From NCBI GenBank assembly GCA_965655685.1, contig CBFHHL010000118.1:16696-80695 (forward strand): 64,000 nucleotides of DNA, written 5' to 3'. Of this stretch, positions 18,377 to 28,010 are shown in pieces; within the stretch, counting starts at the first letter, position 1, and each line of letters begins with the position of its first letter. Below the pieces are notes generated by a model that ran no database searches, was not told the DNA's origin, and was given only the letters and a program-made list of their open reading frames with translations. Both the position numbers and the translations under genes were made by a program. The stretch comes from Luminiphilus sp. Its GTDB lineage: Bacteria; Pseudomonadota; Gammaproteobacteria; Pseudomonadales; Halieaceae.

Positions 18377-19253
18377 GGGGTGTTGCCAGCCATTGGCTGG
18401 CAAAGCTCACCGCCCTTTCAAAGTCGCCTGAGTTTCCTTCTGAGCAGACGAATCCATGACTGGCTGTTTCGAGGTGCTTGTACATCACTTTGCAACCCGC
18501 GCGATGCAGCTTTACCGCGAAGCGTGCCCCGTCATCGCGGATAGGGTCTCTCTCGGCGGTAATGATTAAGGTGCGAGGGAAGTTTTTGAGTGATGTCCTA
18601 TGCCCGGGAAATATGCGCTCAAGTGCAGGATCTGCAGGGGCGATGTCTCCGAGATAGGCGTCTACGCACCAACGCATATTCCGCGCGGGTACCAGCCCTG
18701 ATTTTGCGTGCTCGGTGTAGGAGGGTAGATCGCTGATGTAGTGCTGTGTGGCCGGATATATGGCAAGGCAACCCGCTATCCCGTATTGGTGTTGCAGTGC
18801 AAGCGTTGATGCGATCGCGATGTTACCGCCAGCGCTATCCCCCGCGAGGATAAACATCCCGTTATTCGGCGCTAAGTTGTCTAAGTTATCGATCACCCAT
18901 CGGCTTGCGTTCAAACAGTCATCGTGGGCCGCTGGAAACCGATTTTCAGGCGCTAGTCGGTAATCAATCGATATCAAGCTACAGCCACTTTTCAGACAGA
19001 GTGCTCTGCAGAAGCGATCGTGCGTGTCCAAATTGCCGACAACCCAGCCACCACCGTGGGCGTATATCACCATGGGCTTGTCTGCGTTGCCGTGGTACAT
19101 GCGTAAACTTACCTGGCGGCCCTCTAACTCGATACAGAGATTGCTCACGGGAAGCTTGGCCTGCGGCACTTCCTCCCATGCCTTGTTGTGACGGCGGAGG
19201 TAAAACGAGCGAGCAAATTTTGCGATTAGTGTATTAAGCAGCGACGTCATCTG
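18348..19253 (-). CDS. Alpha/beta hydrolase, hormone-sensitive-lipase-type esterase
   Basis: Oxyanion-hole HGGGW and nucleophile elbow GDSAGG are present, with a late H (ASHGF). The start is taken at MTSLLNT. The 3' end overlaps the ADH 3' end by 29 bp (convergent). Confidence 0.8.
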   Translation of the reverse strand, partial: QMTSLLNTLIAKFARSFYLRRHNKAWEEVPQAKLPVSNLCIELEGRQVSLRMYHGNADKPMVIYAHGGGWVVGNLDTHDRFCRALCLKSGCSLISIDYRLAPENRFPAAHDDCLNASRWVIDNLDNLAPNNGMFILAGDSAGGNIAIASTLALQHQYGIAGCLAIYPATQHYISDLPSYTEHAKSGLVPARNMRWCVDAYLGDIAPADPALERIFPGHRTSLKNFPRTLIITAERDPIRDDGARFAVKLHRAGCKVMYKHLETASHGFVCSEGNSGDFERAVSFASQWLATPLILRSPQED

Positions 19254-20322
19254 CGTGGATAAATTGCGAGTTCGGATTGGCCTGATAAGTATACAGTCCA
19301 TCTGAGTTGATCTTGCGATTCACGTTGCCCCGCTGAACAAGATAATTGAGGTGAGCCACGGTCTCACCCGTCGCCAAGTGGACCTCGTGGTCCTTCAGCA
19401 CCCGATTGAACAAAGGCGAAAAGCACTCGGGTACTGTTTTTGGCTCGGTGAGGTGATTGTAAAGCTGGGCAAGCGACTGCCGATGTCCGTCAATGATTTG
19501 GTTGAGCCGGGTTCTTGCGCCTTTGAAGGGCGATTGATGCGCCGGCAGTACCAGTAGGTCCTCGGGCAAAATGTCGAGAAGTCGCGTATTTGAGGACAGC
19601 CAATATTCGAGTGGATTCCCCTCGGGCTCCGTTGGGAAGACAGACACGTTGGGCGTGATTCTCGGGAGAATTTGATCGCCGGCAATAATGAGCTTTAAGC
19701 CTGGGCAATATAAACATGCGTGCTCAGGCGAGTGCCCTTGGCCAATAACCACTTGCCAGTAGTGGTCGCCGATATTAATGGTTTCAAGGTCAACAATGCG
19801 GCGATAGCTATGTGGCAATGGCTCAGACATTTTGCCAAACGTGCCGAAGCGCTGCTGATAGCTCGACATGAGCTCATCACTAAAGCCGGCGCGCTTATAA
19901 AACGTGAGGGCTGTTTTGGGAATCTCGTCGGACGTATAGCTCAGCAGCAAGCTCCCGTTTAAATACTCGCTACGGGTCATCCAGACCTCGCAATCAAAAC
20001 GTTCGCAAAGCCAGCCAGCGAGTCCTATGTGGTCTGGATGTAGGTGAGTGCAAATAACACGTATAATGGGCTTGCCTTGCATAAATCCGTCAAATAGCCG
20101 CTCCCATTGCGCCTTGGCGCTATCGAGCTTCATGCAGGTGTCGACAACTGTCCAGCCGCCTTCCTCCTCCAATAGCCAAATATTGATGTGATCGAGTCCG
20201 CCGGGCATTTCGAATCGGACCCACCAAACACCGGACGCCACTTCCAGTGGCTCGCCATAGCCCATTGGACTTTTTCGGCCCCAGGGATAAACCAGACCTC
20301 GGTACTCTTCATTTACCATCAT
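19234..20322 (-). CDS. MBL-fold metallo-hydrolase, unknown substrate
   Basis: 362 aa. THLHPDHIG (HxHxDH) and downstream GHSPEH are present. Confidence 0.75.
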   Translation of the reverse strand: MMVNEEYRGLVYPWGRKSPMGYGEPLEVASGVWWVRFEMPGGLDHINIWLLEEEGGWTVVDTCMKLDSAKAQWERLFDGFMQGKPIIRVICTHLHPDHIGLAGWLCERFDCEVWMTRSEYLNGSLLLSYTSDEIPKTALTFYKRAGFSDELMSSYQQRFGTFGKMSEPLPHSYRRIVDLETINIGDHYWQVVIGQGHSPEHACLYCPGLKLIIAGDQILPRITPNVSVFPTEPEGNPLEYWLSSNTRLLDILPEDLLVLPAHQSPFKGARTRLNQIIDGHRQSLAQLYNHLTEPKTVPECFSPLFNRVLKDHEVHLATGETVAHLNYLVQRGNVNRKINSDGLYTYQANPNSQFIHADDVAA

Positions 20323-20432
20323 TTACGGCTGTTCCTAAGATTGTGTGCGCCTGTGCGTGCTCTTACCCTGTCGGGGTACGGCGCTGTTGCGAAAGCTTGT
20401 GGAAAATATAAACATTACTTGGAGATCATACC

Positions 20433-21800
20433 GTGAATGCCACCTTAGAAACGAATCAGTTGCGACAACTTGACCAGCAACACCACTTACATCCGTTCAC
20501 AGACTTTCGTGATTACGCTGAAAACGGTGGTCGGATCGTTAGTCGTGCAGAACATATTTACATTTACGACTCTGATGGAAACAAGATTCAGGACGCGATG
20601 TCGGGGCTGTGGTGTTGCAGCTTAGGTTACAGCCAGAACGGAATTAAACAGGCGGTGGCTGACCAGCTGATGGAGCTGCCGTTCTATAACAATTTCTTTA
20701 AGTGTTCGAACCAGCCCGCTGTAGAGTTGGCCTCGCGATTGAGCAGCATGGCGCCCGCGCACTTCAACAAGGTTTTCTTTACCAACTCAGGATCTGAGGC
20801 AAACGATACACAGATCAAGTTTGTGCATCGGTATTACCAGCTGCTGGGCAAGCCTAATAAGCGTCTTATCATCAGCCGTAAAAATGCTTACCACGGAAGT
20901 ACCATTGCTGCAGGCTCGCTGGGTGGTATGAGTGCAATGCACGAGCAAACTGAGGGCTTGGATTACATTCGCCATATCGAGCAGCCTCATTGGTTTGAAT
21001 TGGGTGGCGATATGAGCCCCGATGAGTTCGGTCTGTGGGCCGCCAACGAGCTCGCAAAGAAAATCGACGAACTGGGAGAGGATAAGGTTGCTGCTTTTAT
21101 CGCTGAGCCCATTCAGGGCGCCGGTGGTGTCATTATCCCGCCAGATACCTACTGGCCTGCTGTCCAGAAAATCCTTGATGAGCGTGACATTCTATTTATC
21201 TCTGACGAGGTGATTTGCGGGTTTGGGCGCACCGGAAATTTATTTGGTTTTCAAACATACAATACGAAGCCAGACCTTATTACCTTTGCGAAAGCAGTCA
21301 CAAATGGCTACATGCCGCTAGGTGGCTGCTTGGTAAGCGACAAAGTAGCCGACGTTTTATTGGGGCATGGTGGTGAATTCGCTCATGGCCTAACGTATTC
21401 AGGGCACCCTGCGTCCTGTGCTGCAGGATTGGCTACGATGGATGTTTTGGAGAATACCGACATTCTGGAGCAATCAAAGTCGGTCTTGGCACCACACTTT
21501 GCTAATGCGCTTCAAAGCCTTGCTGATCATGCGATTGTTGGGCAAGTTCGCTCCAAGGGTCTCGTGGCTGCGGTTGAGCTCGTGCGGGACAAAGGCTCAA
21601 GAGAGCGCCTTGCTCCTGAATCTGGAGCAGCTGTTTATTGCCGTGATCGTGCGATTGAGAGTGGCTTGATGGTGCGCCAGACTGGGGATGCGATGATCAT
21701 GTCACCCCCCTTCGTGACTTCAATTCATGAGGTGGATGCGCTGCTGACGAGTTTAACTTCGGCCCTCGACAAGACTGCACAATTTTATGGTGTGAGCTAG
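20433..21800 (+). CDS. Class-III PLP aminotransferase (omega-amino acid:pyruvate / putrescine aminotransferase-like)
   Basis: 455 aa, GTG start. [37 protein letters not shown] and the Schiff-base lysine region [10 protein letters not shown] are present. Confidence 0.85.
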   Translation: MNATLETNQLRQLDQQHHLHPFTDFRDYAENGGRIVSRAEHIYIYDSDGNKIQDAMSGLWCCSLGYSQNGIKQAVADQLMELPFYNNFFKCSNQPAVELASRLSSMAPAHFNKVFFTNSGSEANDTQIKFVHRYYQLLGKPNKRLIISRKNAYHGSTIAAGSLGGMSAMHEQTEGLDYIRHIEQPHWFELGGDMSPDEFGLWAANELAKKIDELGEDKVAAFIAEPIQGAGGVIIPPDTYWPAVQKILDERDILFISDEVICGFGRTGNLFGFQTYNTKPDLITFAKAVTNGYMPLGGCLVSDKVADVLLGHGGEFAHGLTYSGHPASCAAGLATMDVLENTDILEQSKSVLAPHFANALQSLADHAIVGQVRSKGLVAAVELVRDKGSRERLAPESGAAVYCRDRAIESGLMVRQTGDAMIMSPPFVTSIHEVDALLTSLTSALDKTAQFYGVS

Positions 21801-21840
21801 CCCTCGAGATCTTAAGTGCTGGCTTTGCCGTATCAGCAGC

Positions 21841-22335
21841 ATGAATATTATAGAAAAAACCTGGTTTAACGCTGTCTGGTTCCAAACAACGTGGTTTAGT
21901 TGCGTGCTCGGGCGCGACGATTGGCTTTTATTGACGTTTGCCCTCATGGCATTCCACTATTGGGCAGTCGCTGATTTACGGCTCGAGTTACGCCGCGTAT
22001 TGCCGTGCTTTGCATTGGGTTTGGGCGTCGATTTTACGCTGACCTTGTTGGGCGTTTTTAATTTTGGTGACCAGTTGTTTCCAATTTGGATGGTGTGTCT
22101 CTGGTGTGTTTTTCCGACGGCGCTGCCGCGTGCAATGGCGTTTCTGGGTGGGAGTTGGTGGCGCCCAGTGATCCTGGGTGCCGTCGCGCCGCTGAATTAT
22201 CTAGCAGGGCAAAAGTTTGGTGCAGTAACACTCCCTCTCGGAGAGGTAAACACCATGATATTGCTGGTTCCGTTGTGGATGATCATGTTGCCTTTCATGG
22301 TACGTTTTAGTCAGTATCAAAAGCAGGCGGCATGA
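21841..22335 (+). CDS. DUF2878-like small membrane protein
   Basis: 164 aa with 4-5 TM. The N-terminus ...NAVWFQTTWFSCVLG resembles the DUF2878 family as I remember it. Confidence 0.5.
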   Translation: MNIIEKTWFNAVWFQTTWFSCVLGRDDWLLLTFALMAFHYWAVADLRLELRRVLPCFALGLGVDFTLTLLGVFNFGDQLFPIWMVCLWCVFPTALPRAMAFLGGSWWRPVILGAVAPLNYLAGQKFGAVTLPLGEVNTMILLVPLWMIMLPFMVRFSQYQKQAA

Positions 22336-22907
22336 AAGGAAGCGTCCTCGCGGTCCTGGTTGTACTTACCGCTGGTGTTGCTGTCTTGGCGCAGGCTAAC
22401 GAGTCGGATATAGGCGTCAACTTAGCTAGCGAGGCCGCGGCCACCTCTGCTCTTGTCGTAGCCTACGACGCGCTCCCACCCCTTAAGCAGGTGGGGACCT
22501 CTTCCCTCAGAGTTATGGTGTTTAAGGTGTTTGACTCAGCGCTCTTCACCGAAACCGGGGAGTGGCAGGACCCCAAAACTTCGTTCCGTTATGAGCTTAC
22601 TTATGCGCGTAATATTTCAGGCAGTGCACTTGCGAGCCAGACCACCAAGGAATGGGATCACTTGGGCTTCACTGATGAGCGGCAGGCGAGTTGGGTCGAA
22701 TACCTTGAGACAATATGGCCAGACGTTACCAAAGGCGACACCATCACATTCGATGTGGACGCGGTCGGTGTTAGTCGGTTTTATTTCAACGGTGAGTGGC
22801 TGGGCGTTGTTGAAGATCCAGACTTTGCGCCGATGTTTATCGCTATTTGGTTATCCCCAAAAACATCTCGGCCAGCGCACCGTGAAGGATTGCTGGCCGA
22901 TTTATAG
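22332..22907 (+). CDS. Secreted chalcone-isomerase-like family protein
   Basis: 191 aa with a signal peptide (VLTAGVAVLAQA). VFDSALF...L.Y.R.ISG is typical of bacterial chalcone_isomerase-like proteins. The start overlaps the previous stop (ATGA). Confidence 0.5.
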   Translation: MKGSVLAVLVVLTAGVAVLAQANESDIGVNLASEAAATSALVVAYDALPPLKQVGTSSLRVMVFKVFDSALFTETGEWQDPKTSFRYELTYARNISGSALASQTTKEWDHLGFTDERQASWVEYLETIWPDVTKGDTITFDVDAVGVSRFYFNGEWLGVVEDPDFAPMFIAIWLSPKTSRPAHREGLLADL

Positions 22908-22923
22908 ACGTTAGCGTAGTCGG

Positions 22924-25302
22924 TTAGTCCCAGCTAATCCCTGTGCGGATGCCGATTGTTCTTGGACGCATTGGGCCAAAGAAGTGTGAAGGTAATATAC
23001 CGCCGTTGGCGTTGTAGCCGTCCCAGGTGAACTCGTTGAACAGGTTCTCGGCGTAAGCTTGCACGTACCAGTTATTGTCAGACTCATAGCCAACGCGCAG
23101 GTTTGCCACGGCGTATGAGCCAATCATCCCTTCACGATAGCCTTCCCAGCTTCCGCCGCGCTCGCTTTCGTACGACACTTCGAAGCTGGATGCGATTGTA
23201 CCGCCGTTCACCGGAACGTCGACGTCGAGCTTGCCGGCACCGGTCAATTTGGGAGCCCAGAAAACGCGGCTTCCTTCACAGCCAGTGCCTTCGCCGCCGG
23301 GACCGTCGAGGCTACAAATCTCCTCAAGACCGGTCGCCTCAGTATTTAGGTAGCCCAGTGACAGATACAACGTTGTGTAGTCGTTCACCGCAACGGTAGT
23401 TGAGGCTTCAACACCCATACCGTCGGTTTGGCCAACGTTCAGAACACGTCCCGAGAAGGCGTCAACTACGCCGTCATCGTCGAAATCAACGTCGACGTAG
23501 CTAATGACCTGAGCGTCTGTGTAGTCATACATAAAGGCTGTGAGGTCGAAATTACCAGCACCGTCTAAATAACTTGTTTTGAAGCCGACCTCGTAAGAGT
23601 CCATCTGTTCTGGTCGGAATGAACCGGGTAAGTAGCCATCGCCTTGCGTAATGCCTGTCTCATAGGCAGGAGGGTTTCCGTTAGCGTCTTCGATCCAGAA
23701 ACTTCCGAACCCGCCCGACTTAAAGCCTTGCGTGTAGTTCGCAAAGAACATGGCATAGTCATTCGGTGTCCAAGTGACTGCAAAGCGCGCTGTGGTATCG
23801 CTCCACGACTTGGAATCTTCGATGTATTCGGCGGTTGCAAAACCATAGGTGAAGTAGGGGCCCAAGTAACTCTCGGGCTCAGGTACCAAGATGCCAAAGT
23901 CTTTGTCGTCTTTGGTGTAACGAACACCGACCGAAGCGACAAGCTCATCTGTCACTTGGTAATCCAGGTTTACATAAGCGGCCCAGCCTGAGTATTTACC
24001 CTTGAGCATACCGGTTTCCACAAGGTTACCGTCTGAACTTGGATAGAAGTCGGTGTAGTAGTCAGAACAACCGCTGTAAAACTCATAGCCATAATACTCG
24101 GCGTAGTAGTTCAGGTAGTACTGACACATCAAGTCTTCTGAGCCAATGGCTGTAAACTGAGCATCGAGATCTTCATTGTAATAAGACACACCGGTGTACC
24201 AGCTCAGGGGGCCCTCATCGTTACTTACCAAGCGTAATTCCTGTTGGAAGTACTGCCCAGACTGCTCGAACTGGAAGTTATTAATATTCAGCGACGTACC
24301 GTCGTAATCCTCTGAATAATAGTAATCGTGGTCTTTATAACCTGTGTTTGACGTGAGCGTTGCAAAGCCTAAATCGTAGTCAATGAAGATACCGATCGTG
24401 AGCAGATCACCAATGTCGGCATCGCCTGCTTCAAGGTCCGAGTCGATTTGCTGAGCGTTTCCATTAACTGTTGTGTCATCAACAATGTAACCATCTAATG
24501 CATCCCAAATATCGCCACTATCGATAGCGCGATACATCGAGCCCGACTGCTTACGATCTTCCCAATCTACGACGGTATCAATCGAGAGTGCATCTGACTC
24601 ATAGCGGGTCGACCAGCGTATGGCTTTTTTGTTGTGCTCTATCTGATCCTCGCCCGAGAATACGTTTTTTACGAACCCTTCTTCGTGCGAGCTGTAGCCA
24701 GCCAAACGCATGGCGAAACTGTCGTTGATTGGGATATTGACAGCACCTTCGAACACCGCGTGCTCCCGCTGCCCGAAGTCAAAGTCGATGAACGCATCAT
24801 TAGAGCCAATTTCCGCTTTTCGCGTGTGCACACTGAAGGCGCCGCCAATCGAGTTGCGACCGAATAGGAAGCCCTGTGGGCCTCGTAAAATCTCCGCGCG
24901 CTCAACGTCGAACAAACTCGTTACTGCTGAACCATTTCGGCCCTCGTAGAGATCGTTTTTGAAGAATGCTGATGATGGGTCGCCACCCACACCAAAGTCC
25001 TGGGTTCGAACCCCGCGAATGCTCACTGCGTCGATATAGGAATCTTGAGAGTTACCGCTAACACCCGGGGTATAAGCAATGAGGTCTTTCACATCATTGA
25101 GGTTGGTATCCTCGATGAAGTCACCTGATAGAGCCGTAATAGCAAGCGGTACATCCATAATCCCCTGCTCACGTTTGGTGGCTACAACAATCACCTCTTC
25201 GAGTGTTTGTGCGACTGCAGGCCCCGTGCTGATAAGCGCAGCCGAAACGGCAAGGGGTAATACGAGCTTAGTGCTGGGTTTTGTGCCAAAGATTTTTGAC
25301 AT
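22924..25302 (-). CDS. TonB-dependent receptor (module A)
   Basis: 792 aa. Signal peptide, TonB box LEEVIVVATKRE, plug motif DVPLAITALSG...IRGV, and terminal ...GIRTGISWD. Confidence 0.9.
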   Translation of the reverse strand: MSKIFGTKPSTKLVLPLAVSAALISTGPAVAQTLEEVIVVATKREQGIMDVPLAITALSGDFIEDTNLNDVKDLIAYTPGVSGNSQDSYIDAVSIRGVRTQDFGVGGDPSSAFFKNDLYEGRNGSAVTSLFDVERAEILRGPQGFLFGRNSIGGAFSVHTRKAEIGSNDAFIDFDFGQREHAVFEGAVNIPINDSFAMRLAGYSSHEEGFVKNVFSGEDQIEHNKKAIRWSTRYESDALSIDTVVDWEDRKQSGSMYRAIDSGDIWDALDGYIVDDTTVNGNAQQIDSDLEAGDADIGDLLTIGIFIDYDLGFATLTSNTGYKDHDYYYSEDYDGTSLNINNFQFEQSGQYFQQELRLVSNDEGPLSWYTGVSYYNEDLDAQFTAIGSEDLMCQYYLNYYAEYYGYEFYSGCSDYYTDFYPSSDGNLVETGMLKGKYSGWAAYVNLDYQVTDELVASVGVRYTKDDKDFGILVPEPESYLGPYFTYGFATAEYIEDSKSWSDTTARFAVTWTPNDYAMFFANYTQGFKSGGFGSFWIEDANGNPPAYETGITQGDGYLPGSFRPEQMDSYEVGFKTSYLDGAGNFDLTAFMYDYTDAQVISYVDVDFDDDGVVDAFSGRVLNVGQTDGMGVEASTTVAVNDYTTLYLSLGYLNTEATGLEEICSLDGPGGEGTGCEGSRVFWAPKLTGAGKLDVDVPVNGGTIASSFEVSYESERGGSWEGYREGMIGSYAVANLRVGYESDNNWYVQAYAENLFNEFTWDGYNANGGILPSHFFGPMRPRTIGIRTGISWD

Positions 25303-25420
25303 AGTGGTTTCCTCGGGTGGCGCTGAGCAATGATTTCGGGAAATGTGCTCACTTTTATTTCGGGTTCTGATGTTAAGAAGGCCTCTGCTTCAGTTTTTCA
25401 CCCGTCAGTATACTCCGGCG

Positions 25421-26983
25421 CTAATCTAAGGGAACCCCTAGCCGATTCAGTTCAGCAACCATCGGTGCAAGTTCGTTTTCGTATCGGCGCCAGCGCCCAA
25501 TGGATCGAGTGTGCGCGGGTTCTCTAACCTGTACCGAGCTCGCTGTTGCTACCCCGGAACTACTCTGGTGAAAGTTCAGACAGGCGTCCTCCCATTCGAG
25601 TCCTAAAGCGGCAATCAGTTTCCGAGCATTCGGTTCAAGATCTCTCGCCGCCGATTCGTAGCTCACGTCGATGATTCTGCCCGGAAATTCCAGATGGAAG
25701 TGTGCCATTAAGTCACGATAGCGCGCGTGGTGCCTCGCCATCTCCTCCTGATCGTAGGAATGCAGATAAGCATCCGCGAATAGTTGCTTGAAGCTAGCAA
25801 AGCAGGCGTCCATAGGGCCTCTTACGAGGTGCACAATTTTGGCGTTGGGAAGTGCGGCAAGAATCAGCGGCACGTTGAGGTAATTAACGGGCAATTTGTC
25901 GACGAAGAAGGGCTTCTTAGCGCGTTGTTTTGCGGTGGATCGGAGGTACATTTGACCGATTTCAGCAGGATCAACTTTTGCCGCCGCGAGGAAAAGGTCT
26001 GTGGAGAAGCGTTTTGGGTCGTTGTGTCGCGCCGCTCGACGCACGGCCAGACCAAATTGCTGTAACTCACCCGCAGAAAGCACTTGCGAGTGGCTGGTAA
26101 TCACTCGTTCGATCAGTGTAGTGCCCGTTCGTGGCTGGCCGAGTACAAAAATTGGCGATGAATCATCTTCACCGGGGGGGCGTGCGGCTAACCAGTCGGC
26201 GGTGTAGGTCGCCTTGATGGCGTCGAACATAGCGATCTCATCGATTTCATTGAAATCCACCGTTTCCCGCCGCGCGTTTGCGCCCTGACTGAAGGCAGCA
26301 AATGCACTAGGCCAGTCACCTAAGTCTTCGCTTTCTTTGCCGATCGCGTAGTAGAGGAAACCTTGCGAGCGTTTTGACTGACGTCCCGCCTCTATCAAGC
26401 CACGCATTTGGTCAATGTGATCGTTATTCTTTGCTTTCTCTGAATTGGCGAGTCCCCAATGGCACTGCGCACTATTTGGCTCGAGGGCAATAGCTCGTTT
26501 AAACAGGCCGACCGCATCATCAATCTTGCCGAGAAACACTCGGACATTGCCAAGGTTCATTAATGCTGACGGGTTGTTGGGCACCATCTGGTGGGCGCGC
26601 TCAAAAAAGAGCTCTGCAGCATGGTACTCGCCGAGCGAATTTAGCACCGTGCCGGTCAGTTCAATCACCATTGGGTCGTCAGGCTGAATTCGGCGAACCT
26701 CTTTGAGCGCTGATTCTGCTGCCGCGATGCGGCCTTCGCCGACATTTAACTTTGCCAGGTGCGCCCAAGCAGCCGCATGGTTTCGGTCAAGCTTTACTAC
26801 CGACTTAAACGCATCGTGAGCGACTCGTCGCTCCTTACCTTCTAAGGCAACGAGTCCAACAAGGAAATGTGCGGGCACCGCCTGAGGATTAATACTCAGT
26901 GCCTGCTTACAGGCCTCGCCCGCGGTTGCGAGATCCCCGCGGTTTAAGGCGGCAAACCCATCTGCCAGTGTGAGCTTTGTCAC
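25421..26983 (-). CDS. Cytoplasmic TPR-repeat sulfotransferase (module A)
   Basis: 520 aa with no signal peptide. The N-terminal approx 250 aa are TPR-like helices. The C-terminal domain carries the PAPS 5'-phosphosulfate loop GQPRTGTTL and the 3'-phosphate motif VRGPMDACFASFKQ. Confidence 0.8.
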   Translation of the reverse strand: MTKLTLADGFAALNRGDLATAGEACKQALSINPQAVPAHFLVGLVALEGKERRVAHDAFKSVVKLDRNHAAAWAHLAKLNVGEGRIAAAESALKEVRRIQPDDPMVIELTGTVLNSLGEYHAAELFFERAHQMVPNNPSALMNLGNVRVFLGKIDDAVGLFKRAIALEPNSAQCHWGLANSEKAKNNDHIDQMRGLIEAGRQSKRSQGFLYYAIGKESEDLGDWPSAFAAFSQGANARRETVDFNEIDEIAMFDAIKATYTADWLAARPPGEDDSSPIFVLGQPRTGTTLIERVITSHSQVLSAGELQQFGLAVRRAARHNDPKRFSTDLFLAAAKVDPAEIGQMYLRSTAKQRAKKPFFVDKLPVNYLNVPLILAALPNAKIVHLVRGPMDACFASFKQLFADAYLHSYDQEEMARHHARYRDLMAHFHLEFPGRIIDVSYESAARDLEPNARKLIAALGLEWEDACLNFHQSSSGVATASSVQVREPAHTRSIGRWRRYENELAPMVAELNRLGVPLD

Positions 26984-26985
26984 CC

Positions 26986-27810
26986 TTAGCTACTTCCCAT
27001 GTAGGCGATCAGAGGGTCAGTATCTGGGTCCCCTGACCAGTGTGATAATGCTTCCATGAATAAGAAAAAGAGTTCCGCTTGTGAACTGATATCGAGCTTT
27101 GCGTAGGCGTGCTTGCGGTGCAGTTTTACGGTTTCAATCGAGATACCTAATTTTTCGGCAATGAGTCGCGTGTTGTGCCCGAGCAAGACTAGCTCTACTG
27201 TCTGTCGCTCTCGTTTAGTCAACATACTAGCGCCAAATGCCGCCAGGGAACGATGCATTCGCTCCCGCATTGTCGGCGTGGATGCTTTGCGAATATCATG
27301 GAAGTGTTTTCGGCACAGAGCACTCGTTATCTCGTACACATCCGATAATGCTCGAGCATGTTTTTTCTTGAATCGCGCACCCTCTCCAGTGAGCCCAATC
27401 GAGATATTGAGGAAGTTGTCTTCCGATAGCTTTATCAAAAGTCCGCATTCATCCTGATATCCACAGGTCTTATACCAGTTTTTGTAATACTCAGACGTTC
27501 GGAAGCTCGAGGGCGCAAGATCTGCGAGACGGAATGCACCAAAGCGCTTATCGTAAGCGGCTGCTCTATAAAAAGGGTCCAGCAGAAAAGGTCCAGTCAA
27601 ATAAGTGCTGAGGGTACTTTCGTAGTTACCCTTCAACGGCTGGGCAAAACTGACAGTTGGCATTTCCTCTGGGCCATAAACAATAACGGTCACGTCGTCG
27701 GCTTCTGCAAACTGACAAAGGATGTCGGCAAGCGTGGGTATAAGTAGATCGGTTCCCAGCTTATCAATCACGTGCGCAAAGGCCGCTGTGGTGGCTTCGA
27801 GTTTAGGCAT
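26986..27810 (-). CDS. LuxR-family transcriptional regulator with uncharacterised N-terminal sensor domain
   Basis: 274 aa. The C-terminal HTH is LTKRERQTVELVLLGHNTRLIAEKLGISIETVKLHRKHAYAKL. It ends 2 bp upstream of the TPR-sulfotransferase start and is divergent from the valine operon. Confidence 0.8.
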   Translation of the reverse strand: MPKLEATTAAFAHVIDKLGTDLLIPTLADILCQFAEADDVTVIVYGPEEMPTVSFAQPLKGNYESTLSTYLTGPFLLDPFYRAAAYDKRFGAFRLADLAPSSFRTSEYYKNWYKTCGYQDECGLLIKLSEDNFLNISIGLTGEGARFKKKHARALSDVYEITSALCRKHFHDIRKASTPTMRERMHRSLAAFGASMLTKRERQTVELVLLGHNTRLIAEKLGISIETVKLHRKHAYAKLDISSQAELFFLFMEALSHWSGDPDTDPLIAYMGSS

Positions 27811-28010
27811 TTTGTATTTTTTTGGTTAAGAAAATCGTGTTTTTTTGCGAGCTTACAACCATCCGATGACAATAACACTGGGTGCTGGTATCGCGAAATC
27901 CTTATGGGTAATCGCTGAGATCATAGGCTTGTTACCCCATCTTAATTGGAGGCCCTCCTCATTTTCACTATGTCATAATCTAAGACTCTTGAGTGAGTAG
28001 AGAAAAGTTC

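Noticed and set aside
25002-25014. tRNA T-loop-like GGGTTCGAACCCC.
   Set aside because: It lies inside the receptor A coding sequence. The flanking bases do not form a T-stem, acceptor stem or anticodon arm. I found no tRNA or rRNA genes anywhere in the window.
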